Shown here: positions 1 to 10,121 of the stretch, in pieces
How the letters are laid out: every line of letters starts with the position of its first letter
Position numbering within the stretch: the stretch's first letter is position 1
Origin: Octopus sinensis
Taxonomy: Eukaryota
Assembly: GCF_006345805.1 (NCBI RefSeq)
Contig: NW_021824497.1
Span: 1 to 18,768, forward strand
DNA: 18,768 nucleotides
Reading direction: 5' to 3'
Program-made: the position numbers and the translations under genes
The notes under the pieces: model-generated
The model's input: the letters and a program-made list of their open reading frames with translations, nothing else
What the model was told of the DNA's origin: nothing
Databases searched by the model: none

Positions 1-30
1 CATACTGGTCCAATATAACTGGAAACCAAT

Positions 31-586
31 TCACTAAAACGATAAAGACTGTTGCTAACAACTTGTAAGCCCTCGGGATTGATAAAACCCCTATTTCTGG
101 TTGTAATACCTGAACAGTAGCCATTAATCTTGTGGCAAGATTTTTTTTTCAATATATTACTAAACAAACCATAATAAACACCTGAATACTTACTAAAGGG
201 GAAAATACAATTGATTGCCCAGAATACAAACAAGTGAAGCCGTTACAAACTACAAAGATATAACTTGTAACTTGCCAATAATAGACAACAACCGGATATC
301 TATAATCTATAAGAGACTGGCTGTTCATCTGGAAAGTAATAATATATTAGCAAGGGAGTAAAATGGGTGTTGGAAAAAGAAATGTGTAATTCGAAAAGAG
401 TTTCTACTAGTGATGTGGTAATTACAAAACAAATGGTAAGGAAAAGGAAAAAATAATAATAAATAGGAACAACTGAAAGAAAAGGTTTAGCTGAATATAG
501 CTTGGATTGATTACAGAGAAAGTATCTGATATCATATCACGGCGTTTCGAGATATTGGAGACGTTCCGTAAGAATAATAAAAAAAG
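31..586 (+). pseudogene. Decayed reverse-transcriptase fragment of a non-LTR retrotransposon (R4/Dong-like, R2 group), with frameshifts and stops
   Basis: Manual translation across frameshifts gives FWL*YLNSSH (~95-125), PEYLLKGKIQLIAQN (181-225), TNYKDITCNLP...KRLAVHLESNNILARE*NGCWKK (245-379) and LNIAWIDYRE (491-520). These are collinear with RT motifs recalled for this clade: NFWLK, PEWLTEG.T.LIPK, NYRPITCLP, HLE.NN.L.EEQKGC, SMAWIDY.KAFD. Confidence 0.75.
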
Positions 587-608
587 AGTCGCCTAAACTA
601 ATATGAGT

Positions 609-768
609 GCAGGTATGTATGTGTGGTTAAGAAGCTCGCTTTTTGCAACACTGCGGTTCAGGGTTCAATCTCTCCGTGTGGTACCGTCGGGGAATGTTTT
701 CTACTATGAGCCGGCACTGACCAACGCTCTCTGAGAGAGTTTGGGAGGCAAAAACTCTCTGGTCACGC
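609..768 (+). mobile_element. SINE family A head (tRNA-derived), degenerate
   Basis: gcaggtatgtatgtgtggttaagaagctcgct...ggttcagggttcaatc aligns by eye to the better copies at 7808 and 14152; a B-box-like ggttcaatc is present. Confidence 0.7.
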
Positions 769-775
769 ATATGAT

Positions 776-1116
776 TTATATATATATATATGTGTGTGTG
801 TGTGTGGTGTGTGTCTGTGTCTGTGTGTCTGTGTGAGTGTGTGTGTGTATGTGTGTGTGTATGTGTGTTCGCGCGTGTGTCTGTGTGTGTGTGTATGGGT
901 ATATAAATGAAAATACAATTACATATAAAGACAGATAGAGAGATAATGAGAGAGAGAGGGAGAGAAATGAGTGTATAATAGAGAAAGAAAGTAAGAGAGA
1001 GAGGGGGATAAATATGTGGATGATACAGGGAGAAAGAGGGAGAGAAAAGATTGGATGATAGAAAGATAGCTTGAGGGAGATGAATGGGTGGTAGAGAGAG
1101 AGAGATAGAGACAGAC

Positions 1117-1159
<43 letters not shown>

Positions 1160-1160
1160 C

Positions 1161-1233
<73 letters not shown>
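776..1233. repeat. Compound microsatellite and purine-rich tract: (AT)n, (GT)n, GA-rich, (AGAT)~30
   Basis: Direct reading. The near-perfect AGAT run at ~1117-1233 produces the false 210-aa ORF 627..1259. Confidence 0.95.
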
Positions 1234-1234
<1 letters not shown>

Positions 1235-1525
1235 TGCTAAATAAGGAAAATAAGTTCATTCATCATGAATGTAGGTTATGTATATGCACACACGCATGCA
1301 ACATGGCACCAAATACTCACACACGCTCGCGGACGGACGCACAAACACACACATCCACACACACACACATACTTCCCCATTCACAATTTGTTATACATTA
1401 TATACCTCTCTACCTTATATTAATATAATACAGCTACACGGTATTCTCTAACGCAAAGCAAAATCCAACCGCCACGCTCGGGCTTCGTACAACCAGAATA
1501 TATTTTAACTCGAACTCATACATTT

Positions 1526-1572
1526 AAAGACACACATACACACCCACATACAAACACACATAATATACATAC

Positions 1573-1615
<43 letters not shown>

Positions 1616-1731
1616 TACACACACATATATATATATATACATATATATATATACATATATATCTATATATATATATATATATATAATATATATATATGCC
1701 TACATATATATTTGCATAACATATGTACACA

Positions 1732-1765
<34 letters not shown>

Positions 1766-1770
1766 GATAT

Positions 1771-1811
<41 letters not shown>
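1526..1811. repeat. Imperfect (AT)n/(AC)n microsatellite
   Basis: Direct reading. Confidence 0.95.
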
Positions 1812-1813
<2 letters not shown>

Positions 1814-2360
1814 CTCTTGTGCAATGTTGAGAGCCAGTTAAAATATTATGAACATGAAAATTAAATTATATAACAAAGAAAATGGTACAACAGTCTAATT
1901 AAAACGAAACGGAATTGTGACTTCAAAATCTGTCGAAACGCTCTTTAATTATTCATCGTTAAGTGTGTCGATAGCTGTGAATATTGTCCCTAGACAGGCC
2001 AGCATTACTCGAGAAATACCATCAGTTGATGGTAATAATTTAGATGTAGTTTGTAGCGAAAGTATTTACCTATTTCTAGCCAATGAGAGGATGTGTGAAG
2101 GTATCTGGTTAGGTTTGCGTTCGTTGGAAAAAAAACATAACAGAAATTATTGAAACTGGGAAAACAGACTGAAATAAAGGCAAATTTTCCCTTCAAAATT
2201 TTTGAAGAGTAGATTGGATAATATAAAGTGGCTTTACATCGCTTGTATTTCTGTGACCATAGGTTTCTCTGATAAACGTGATAATCCGATGCTAAACTGC
2301 ATCGTATGAGCAACTGTATTAATGTGGAGAGTTATACAATGCAATAATATTAGAATGCAT

Positions 2361-3016
2361 CTTTTACTTGTTTTAGTAACTTGAGTGCGGTCATGCTGGA
2401 GCACTGCCTCGAAGGGTTTTAGTCGAATAAGTCGACACTCAGGACTTACTTTTTAAAGCTTAGTACGTATTCTATTGGTTCCCTTTTGCCGAAACGCTAA
2501 GTTACAGTGACAAATACAGGGTAACACCGGTTGTCAAGTGTGTTGAGAACAGATACAAACACAAACATGCCAGCACACACACACACACATATACACATAT
2601 GCGATGGGTTTCTTTCACTTTCTTATTTCTTTATTGCCCACAAGGGGCTAAACATAGAGGGGAGAAACAAAGAGAAACAAAGGGATTAAGTCGATTACTT
2701 TGACTCCAGTGCACAACTGGTATTTAATTTATCGACCCCCGAAAGGATGAAAGGCAAAGTTGACCTCGGCGGAATTTGAGCTCAGAACGTAACGGCAGAC
2801 GAAACACCGCTAAGAATTTCGCCCGGCGTGCTAATGATTCTGCCAGCTCACCGCCTTATTCTTTCACTTTCACTTTCTGCCTACCAAATCCACTCACAAA
2901 GCTTTAGTCGGCTGGAAACTATAGAAGAAAACACTTGCCCAAGGTGTTACGTAGTTCGACTGAACCTGGTACCATGTGGTTGGGAAGAAAGCTTCTTACC
3001 ACACAACTACGCCAGC
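2361..3016 (-). mobile_element. Composite SINE A/B (head A ~2600-3016, CA-rich spacer, tail B ~2361-2540), interrupted by a SINE C copy
   Basis: Reverse complement matches head A (acacttgcccaaggtg, aagcttcttaccacac) and tail B (gcggtcatgctggagc, aacaccggttgtcaag) in the same order as the copies at 4988 and 14152. Confidence 0.85.
2623..2858 (-). mobile_element. SINE family C, full-length single copy inserted in SINE A
   Basis: Reverse complement of the units at 3041-4020; flanked by the 13-bp direct repeat ttctttcactttc (2610-2622 and 2859-2871). Confidence 0.92.
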
Positions 3017-3040
3017 TAAATGATATATTTGTTATTTGCA

Positions 3041-4028
3041 AGGCGGCGAGCTGGCAGACTCGTTAGCACGCCGGGCGAAATGCGTAGCCGTATTTCGTCT
3101 GCCGTTACGTTCTGAGTTCAAATTCCGCCGAGGTCGACTTTTGCCTTTCATTCTTTATGGGTCGATAAATAAAGTACCAGTTTCGCACTGGGGTCTATGT
3201 AATCGACTTAATCCCGGTCTGTCCTTGTTTGTCCCCTCTATGTTTAGCCCCTTGTGGGTAGTAAAGAATTATATATATTTGTTATTTGTTAAGGCGGTGA
3301 GCTGGCAGAAACGATAGCACGCCGGGCGAAATGCGTAGCTGTATTTCGTCTGCCGTTAGTTCTGAGTTCAAATTCCGCCGAGGTCGACTTTGTCTTTCAT
3401 CCTTTCGGGGTCGATAAATAAAGTACCAGTTTCGCACTGGGGTCTATGTAATCGACTTAATCCCTTTGTCTGTCCTTGTTTGTCCCCTCTATGTTTAGCC
3501 CCTTGTGGGTAGTAAAGAAATATATATATTTATTTTTTGTTAAGGCGGTGAGCTGGCAGAAACGATAGCACGCCGGGCGAAATGCGTAGCTGTATTTCGT
3601 CTGCCGTTACGTTCTGAGTTCAAATTCCGCCGAGGTCGACTTTGTCTTTCATCTTTTCTGGGTCGATAAATAAAGTACCAGTTTCCCACTGGGGTCTATG
3701 TAATCGACTTAATCCGTTTGTCTGTCCTTGTTTGTCCCCTCTATGTTTAGCCCCTTGTGGGTAGTAAAGAAATATACATATTTATTATTTGTTAAGGCGA
3801 TGAGCTGGCAGAAACGTTAGCACGCCGGGCGAAATGCGTAGCCGTATTTCGTCTGCCGTTACGTTCTGAGTTCAAATTCCGCCGAGGTCGACTTTGCCTT
3901 TCATCCTTTCGGGGTCGATAAATTAAGTACCAGTTACGCCCTGGAGTCGATGTAATCGACATAATCCGTTTGTCCCCTCAGTGTTTAGCCCCTTGTGGGC
4001 AGTAGTGAAATATATATATTTGTTATTT
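3041..4028 (+). mobile_element. Tandem array of 4 full-length SINE C units (period ~251 bp)
   Basis: Units start at 3041, 3292, 3543 and 3795 (aggcggYgagctggcag). Each has a B-box-like gagttcaaattcc and the central gcctttcatcctttcggggtcgataaa.taagtaccag segment, which I recall resembles the conserved domain of MetaSINE-type elements (unverified). Confidence 0.95.
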
Positions 4029-4229
4029 GGAGCAGTAATCACCAAGCAGAGGTGGTTTGCAGTTCCCTGAATGTTCCCAAATATTCGTGGTGCATCATTT
4101 AAGCATTAAAAGTTTTCCATTGCAAGATAAAAAACTTACTCTGATACGTATCGTTATTCGTTTACTTATATCTATCAAAAGTGTTTATATGTATCTATGC
4201 GTGTTTCTTTGTGTCTGCGTTTGTCAAGC

Positions 4230-4390
4230 AACACCGCTTGACAACCGGTATTAGCGTGTTTACATCCCCATAACTTAGTGATTCGGCTAAGTACCAGGCT
4301 TTAAAAAAGTAAGATTTGGGGTTGATTCATTCGACTAAAAGTTCTTTAAGACGGTGCTCTAGCATGGCCGCAATGTAATGACTGAAACGG
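4230..4390 (+). mobile_element. SINE tail B, 5'-truncated copy with internal deletion
   Basis: ccgcttgacaaccggt...gtgtttacatccccataacttag...ggtgctctagcatggccgca...tgactgaaac matches tail B at 14565-14747. Confidence 0.8.
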
Positions 4391-4419
4391 TTAGCAGATA
4401 AATGATGTCGATCTCCTAT

Positions 4420-4776
4420 GGGGAAGCACTCCGTCGGTTACGACGACGAGGGTTCCGGTTGATCCGAATCAACGGAACAGCCTGCTCGTGAAATTAACGT
4501 GTAAGTGGCTGAGCACTCCACAGACACGCGTAGCCTTAACGTAGTTCTCGGGGAATATTCAGCGTGACACAGAGAGTGACAAGGCCGGTCCTTTGAAATA
4601 CACGTACAAAAGAAACAGGAAGTAAGAGTGAGAGAAAGTTGTGGTGAAAGAGTACAGCAGGGATCGCCACCATCCCCTGCCCGTTACTCGTGGAGCTTTA
4701 AGTGTTTTCGCTCAATAAACACTCACAACGCCCGGTCTGGGAATCGAAACCGCGATCCTACGACCGCGAGTCCGCC
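4420..4776 (-). mobile_element. SINE family D (tRNA-derived, probably OR-type octopus SINE), head 5'-truncated
   Basis: The minus strand begins gcggactcgcggtcgtaggatcgcggtttcgattcccag (tRNA anticodon arm plus B box). Flanked by the 12-bp TSD tcgatctcctat (4408-4419 and 4777-4788). Confidence 0.9.
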
Positions 4777-4987
4777 TCGATCTCCTATACCAGGTAAAAC
4801 GGAGGGGTATGTTTATTACCTCGAAAGTTTGGTTTTCTATTCCGAGCTTTGAGCCAATCTGTTAAATACATATATCCCTCTCTCTCTCCCTCACTCTCTC
4901 TCTCTTTCTCACGCACACACACACAGACACTTGCACGCACACACACATACATACACACACTCATACATATATAATCTGTATGTGAAT

Positions 4988-5468
4988 GTATGCGTGGTTA
5001 TGCGGCAAAAGATTGCTTCCCAGCAAAGAGGATCCGGTTTCACTTCCACTGCGAGACAGCTTTGACAAGTGTCTTCCCCTAAAGACTCAAGATACACAAA
5101 ATATTGAAAGTGCCTGTGGTAGACAGAAACAGAAAGAAGCCTGTCGTGTATACATATATATATGCACACACACAAACACACATGCACACTTATATACATA
5201 CACACACATATATATATACATATATATGTGTGTGTCTCTATATGTGTGTGTGTGTTTGAGTATGCAAACCTTTCTGTATGTCTTTCACCCCCAACACCAT
5301 TTCACGAGCGTTTCTGATGTGTTTCCCCGCACTGTAACTTAGCAGCTCGTCAAAAGAACCCGACAGAATAAGTAACGGTTTTTAATATATAAGCACTAGT
5401 GTTGATCCGTTCGAGTAAAACCATTCACGGGGGCGGCCAAACTTAGCCGCAGACACGTGACTGAAATC
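4988..5468 (+). mobile_element. Composite SINE A/B, degenerate
   Basis: Head A ~4988-5150, AT/AC/GT spacer ~5150-5240, tail B ~5265-5468 (gtaacttagcagctcg...gtgactgaaa). Confidence 0.75.
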
Positions 5469-5489
5469 TGCATATATTACGTAAATGTC

Positions 5490-5903
5490 TATTCTTTTAT
5501 TCTTGTATTCCTTTATTCTTTCATATGTTTCAGTCATTTGATTGCGGCCATGTTGGAGAACCGCCTTGAATGGAGCTTGTTGTCGAAGAAATCGACCCCA
5601 GGACTTATTCATTGTAAGCCATGTGCTTATTCCATCAAGTGATATCGGATGGACTAACACAGACACAAAGACACAAACACATAAATATAGTTACATACAT
5701 ACATATATATATGTCTGTATATATATTATATGTGTGTGTGTGTGACGAGCTTCCTTCAGTTTCCGTCCACCATATCCAGTCACAAGGCTTTGGTCTGCCT
5801 GAAGCTACAGTAGAAGACACTTGCCCAAGGTGTCACGCAATGGGACTGAACCCCGAAACATGCCATTGTGAAGAGCAGGGTTCTTACCACACAGCTAAAC
5901 CCA
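5490..5903 (-). mobile_element. Composite SINE A/B with a partly deleted tail, tail-to-tail with the previous copy
   Basis: Tail B 3' end (tattcttttattc...gtttcagtcatttgattgcggccatg...gaccccaggacttatt), then spacer, then head A (tagaagacacttgcccaaggtg...ttcttaccacacagc). Confidence 0.85.
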
Positions 5904-6222
5904 TGACAAAATACATATATGTATGTGTGTATGTGGGGGGGTGCCTTCGTGTGTGTGTATGTGTGTTCCTGTAGGTAGGCATGTATGTATATAGGTTGGT
6001 AAGTGGAGCGAGTCGGAGTTAGGGAGGGAGAGAAGTAGGAAAATATGAAATAAGGGAGGGATGGAAAACGGAGAGAGAGAGAGAGAGAGAGAGAAACATG
6101 TATATATAGTGATCTATTTGGCTTACAACATTCTGGAAGGCAAAAGCAAAAATAAAAACCGTTGATACCAAGCGATAAAAGAGGGATTGAATGAGAGAAG
6201 CGAGCCGATTTACAATCAATCA

Positions 6223-6225
<3 letters not shown>

Positions 6226-6268
<43 letters not shown>

Positions 6269-6301
6269 ATAATATATATGTTTATATATATATATATAGA
6301 T

Positions 6302-6362
<61 letters not shown>

Positions 6363-7113
6363 GTTTATATATATATATATGTTTATATATATGTATGTAT
6401 ACATATATATACATATATACATATATATATATGTATATAGTATATTATATGATATTATATATATATTAATGTATATATTATATATATGTATTATATTATA
6501 TTACGTCCCATTATTCATATATATAATATATATATATATATAATTGATATATACTTATTGTAGACACCTCATACCGATTCACATACTCTCACGTGTAAAC
6601 TTATCCACACTCACGTGTATATATATATTGAAGCATACATACAACTTCACACACATTCATATGTGCATCTATCTATCTATCTATCTATCTCTCTCTCTTA
6701 TATATATATATATACACACAAATACAGACACACACACAAAAGTAGTCATGCATACGCACACAATGATTCAAACACATGTATATATGAACACCCACACATA
6801 CGTGTAGACAATGAGAATTATTATGCGAGATTTGTGTCTATATGTGTGTGTGCATGTGATTGTGTGTGTATGTGTGTGTGTGTGTCTATGTGTGTGCGTA
6901 TGCTTCTTTCTGTCCGCGTGTTTGTGTATTCGTTCGATATGGCTTATGTAAGTGTGTTCGTTCGTACGATTATGTATTGAGTGTGTGGGTATGTGTGCGC
7001 ATGCGCGTGTGCGTGTGTGTACGTGTCTGCGTATGTGTGTGTGTGTTTGTGTGTGTGTGTGCGTATATGTGGGTGTATGAGTGTGTGTGTGTGTGCGTAT
7101 GTGTGTGTGTTTG

Positions 7114-7144
<31 letters not shown>

Positions 7145-7224
7145 TTGTGTGTGTGTGCTCGCATGTGTGTGTGTATGTTTGTGTGTGTGTGTGCGCATGC
7201 ATTTGTGTGTGTGTGTGTGTGTGT
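6226..7224. repeat. Imperfect (AT)n (~6226-6545), mixed AT/AC/TCTA, and imperfect (GT)n (~6840-7224)
   Basis: Direct reading; source of many false Y/I-rich and V/C-rich ORFs. Confidence 0.95.
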
Positions 7225-7371
7225 TAGCGGATCCCTCAGCTAAATGTTTCAATCTAAATGTTCCCCTGGAATTGTATTTCATCTAATTTTATCCCATTCT
7301 CATCACATTTCATAGTAACCCAAGAACACCATAGCCTGAGAAGATATATCAATAATTGGTTGCAAGGAATA

Positions 7372-7512
7372 CGGTGTTTTTCAGAGAATTGCTTCTAATG
7401 AACAGGAGATTTTTCTATCAGAATTCTTTCCAAAGAACAGGTGAGTTCTGTCGGAAGTGGGGCTAAAGAACGGGGTAATTATGAGAGAATTGTTTCCCAA
7501 GAAAAAAGGTAA
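7372..7512. repeat. Degenerate ~33-bp minisatellite (approximate consensus agaattgtttccaaagaacaggtgatttctatc), with further relics at ~7597-7645 and ~7670-7703
   Basis: agaatt/ggaagt anchors at 7385, 7420, 7453, 7486 and gaacagg-like anchors at 7400, 7435, 7468, 7501. Confidence 0.65.
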
Positions 7513-7807
7513 TTACAAGATTGCGTACGTATATAAGTATGTGAGTATAGATATGTATATATATACATACACACAAAGATATTTCTTCTGTACAAGAATG
7601 TTTCTAACGGAATTGTTTCCAAACAACGCGCCAGAATTCTGTTGTAAGTAAAATTTAAGTGGAGAGTGTATCAATCAGAATTTTTTTTTTCAAAGAATAA
7701 AGATATAACTGCTTCTAATGCATTAAGGGATTGGGGGAAAAAATTACTCCGCAGACCATGAATTTTGGCAAAGTACTGGTTGCCAAACAATATCTATAGA
7801 TTATAAA

Positions 7808-8062
7808 GGCGCAGGCATGGATGTGTGGTAAGTAGCTTGCTTCGCAACCACATGGCTCTGGTTTCAGTCCCACTGCCTGGTACCTTGAGGAACTGTATTT
7901 TAGTAAAGCCTCCGAACGAGCAAAGTCTTGTATGTGGGTTTCGTAGACAGAAAGTGAACGAAGACCGTCGTATATATGTGTGTGTGTTTGTTTCCCGCCC
8001 ACAAACATTTGATAACCGATGTTAGATCGTTTACGTTCCTGTAACTTAACATTAGTCGAAGA
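7808..8062 (+). mobile_element. Composite SINE A/B (head A, short spacer, 5' part of tail B)
   Basis: ggcgcaggcatggatgtgtggtaagtagcttgcttcgcaaccacatggctctggtttcagtcccactgc (tRNA-like, B-box-like), then gataaccgatgtt...gtaacttaac. Confidence 0.85.
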
Positions 8063-8195
8063 AGAGTGTGAAAAGCAGGCTCCTTGGAATGCAAGCACCA
8101 CCCATTTTTACCAGCTGAGCGGACTGGAGGAAGGTGAAGTAACGTGTCATACTCAAGGACACAACGCGCTGCTGGGAATCGAACTTGCGATCGAA
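8063..8195 (-). mobile_element. SINE family E fragment
   Basis: catttttaccagctgagcggactggag...ctcaaggacacaacgcg...gggaatcgaact aligns with 9338-9635. Confidence 0.75.
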
Positions 8196-8385
8196 GATCC
8201 CAGGCCCTTTTTTGTTTCACCACCATGTTTCAAAGCAGCGGCTGATCAGTTGTGGTAATCCACTTCCCACAATATAGAGCAGTCTCCATTGAGCGTTCAC
8301 CATTTAAAATTAAATATATGAACCGCACATTATCTCACTGTCTCCAACAAATCGACGTCGTGTGAACAGGCGAACGGTGTGCCAT

Positions 8386-8523
8386 ATTTCAGGTGCTGAA
8401 GTGATCCCAGAACAAAATGAGATGAAGTGCTTGCTCAAGAAAGTAACTCACTACTCGCTCTAAGAATTGAAATCATGTTCGCTAGTTCGTGAATGCCACA
8501 CCTTAACCACTAAGCCGTGCGCC
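8386..8523 (-). mobile_element. SINE family E head fragment, highly degenerate
   Basis: aagtgcttgctcaag...gaattgaaatc...ccttaaccactaagccgtgcgcc; the reverse complement starts with a tRNA A-box-like ggcgcacggcttagtggttaagg. Confidence 0.65.
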
Positions 8524-8537
8524 CTCTAAGGGAAAAC

Positions 8538-9311
8538 CTATTTCTTTATTACCCACAAGGGACTAAACATAGAGGGGACAAACAAAGACAGACAAACGGA
8601 TTAAGTCGATTATTTCGACCCCAGTGCGTAGCTGGTACTTAATTTATCGACCCCGAAAGGATGAAAGGCAAGGTAGACCTCGGCGGAATTTGAACTCAGA
8701 ACGTAGCGGCAGACGAAATACCTATTTATTTACTACCCACAAGGGGCTAAACATAGAAGGGACAAACAAGGACAGACAAACGGATTAAATCGATTACGTC
8801 AACCCCAGTGCGTAACTGGTACTTGTTTAATCGAGGCCGAAAGGATGAAATGTAAAGTCGACCTTGGCGGAATTTGAACTCAGAACGTAACGGCAGATGA
8901 AATTACTTATTTCTTTACTACCCACAAGGGCCTCAACATAGAAGGGACAAACAAGAACAGACACACGGATTAAGTCGATTACGTCGACAGATTGCGTAAC
9001 TGGTACTCATTTAATCGCCCCCGAAAGGATGAAGGGCAAAGTCGACCTTGGCGGAATTTGAACTCAGAACGTAACGGCAGATGAAATACCTATTTCTTTA
9101 CTTCCCACAAGGGGCTAAACATAGAAGGGACAAACAAGAACAGACACACGAATTAAGTCGATTACGTCGACAGAGTGCGTAACTGGTACTTATTTAATCG
9201 CCCCCGAAAGGATGAAAGGCAAAGTCGACCTCGGTGGAATTTGAACTCAGAACGTAGCGGCAGACGAAATACGGCTACGCATTTCGCCCGACGTGCTAAC
9301 GTTTCTGCCAA
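8538..9311 (-). mobile_element. Tandem array of 4 SINE C units: one near-full-length plus three 183-185-bp units lacking the A-box head
   Basis: Units 8538-8721, 8722-8906, 8907-9089 and 9090-9311. The whole array is flanked by the perfect 14-bp repeat ctctaagggaaaac (8524-8537 and 9312-9325). Confidence 0.95.
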
Positions 9312-9337
9312 CTCTAAGGGAAAACTATTATACTGTT

Positions 9338-9635
9338 GTCTACAACGAATATTCCAGTTGATCCGACCAACAGAACATTGAGCTCGATAATTCAAGGTGC
9401 AACTGGTTGAGCAAACACACTTACACTTGACGTAGCTGTTAGGATATTCAACGGAACACACAATGTGACAAGGCTGGCCACTTGAAGTGCAAGACCTGCT
9501 AATCATTTTTGCAGGCATTGACTGGAGTAACGCGATATAGTGTCTTGCTCAAATAGTGTCGCGCTGCGAGGAATCGAACTCTCGATCTTGCGATCGCGAG
9601 CCGAATACCCTGATCATTAGGCCATGCGTCTTCAC
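9338..9635 (-). mobile_element. SINE family E (tRNA-derived; possibly the CORE-type OR2 family), sharing its 3' half with family D
   Basis: Minus-strand head gtgaagacgcatggcctaatgatcagggtattcggctcgcgatcgcaagatcgagagttcgattcc. The 3' half (ccagttgatccgaccaacagaac...gtgacaaggctggcc) is homologous to 4440-4600. The family name is from memory. Confidence 0.75.
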
Positions 9636-9850
9636 ATAGATAGATAAGTAGATAGATAGATAGATAGATAGACAGAGAGGAGAGAGAGAGAGAGAGAGAG
9701 GGAGATAGATAGATAGATAGATAGATAGAGAGAGAAGAGAGAGATATATAGATAGATAGAGAGAGAGATAGAGAGATAGATGGATAGATAGATATGTATG
9801 TATGCATGTAGGTAGGTAGATAGGTAGGTAGGTAGGGAGGCAGGTAGGTA
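9636..9850. repeat. Compound (AGAT)/(AG)/(AGGT) microsatellite
   Basis: Direct reading. Confidence 0.95.
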
Positions 9851-9904
9851 TGTACCTGTGTTGCGGTGGGTGTGTATGTGTGTCTGACTTTGTGTCCGTG
9901 TTTG

Positions 9905-10085
9905 ACTACCGCTTGAAACCGGTGCTGGGGTGATTACGTCCCTACAAGTTAGCAGTTCAGCAAAAAAAAAACGATAAATTAAGTAGCATGCTTAAAACAC
10001 ATGTACCAGTATCGATTGATTTGACTAAAACACTTCAAGGCGTTACTCCAGCATGACTGCAGTGTAATCACTACTCAAAAGAAAG
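9905..10085 (+). mobile_element. SINE tail B, headless and degenerate
   Basis: accgcttgaaaccggtgctgg...ttacgtccct...agttagcagttcagcaaaa...actccagcatgactgcagt matches tail B. Confidence 0.75.
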
Positions 10086-10121
10086 AAATAATGCCGAATT
10101 TGTAAATCGTTTTCAGGATAA

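Noticed and set aside
627-1259. 210-aa ORF
   Set aside because: SIYL repeats are a translation of (AGAT)n, followed by antisense SINE sequence.
2070-2104. Possible 35-nt minus-strand microexon (ctaaccag|ATACC...AATAG|gtaaat)
   Set aside because: The splice-like motifs are plausible, but the pyrimidine tract is weak and no peptide is recognisable; such matches are expected by chance in AT-rich DNA.
3041-4028. CRISPR-like or tRNA-gene array interpretation of the tandem repeats
   Set aside because: There are no unique spacers and the context is eukaryotic. The heads have A/B-like boxes but no complete cloverleaf, and they continue into SINE body sequence.
7385-7645. Heat-shock-element-like GAA/TTC clusters
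   Set aside because: The spacing does not fit nGAAnnTTCn; the minisatellite explains the pattern.
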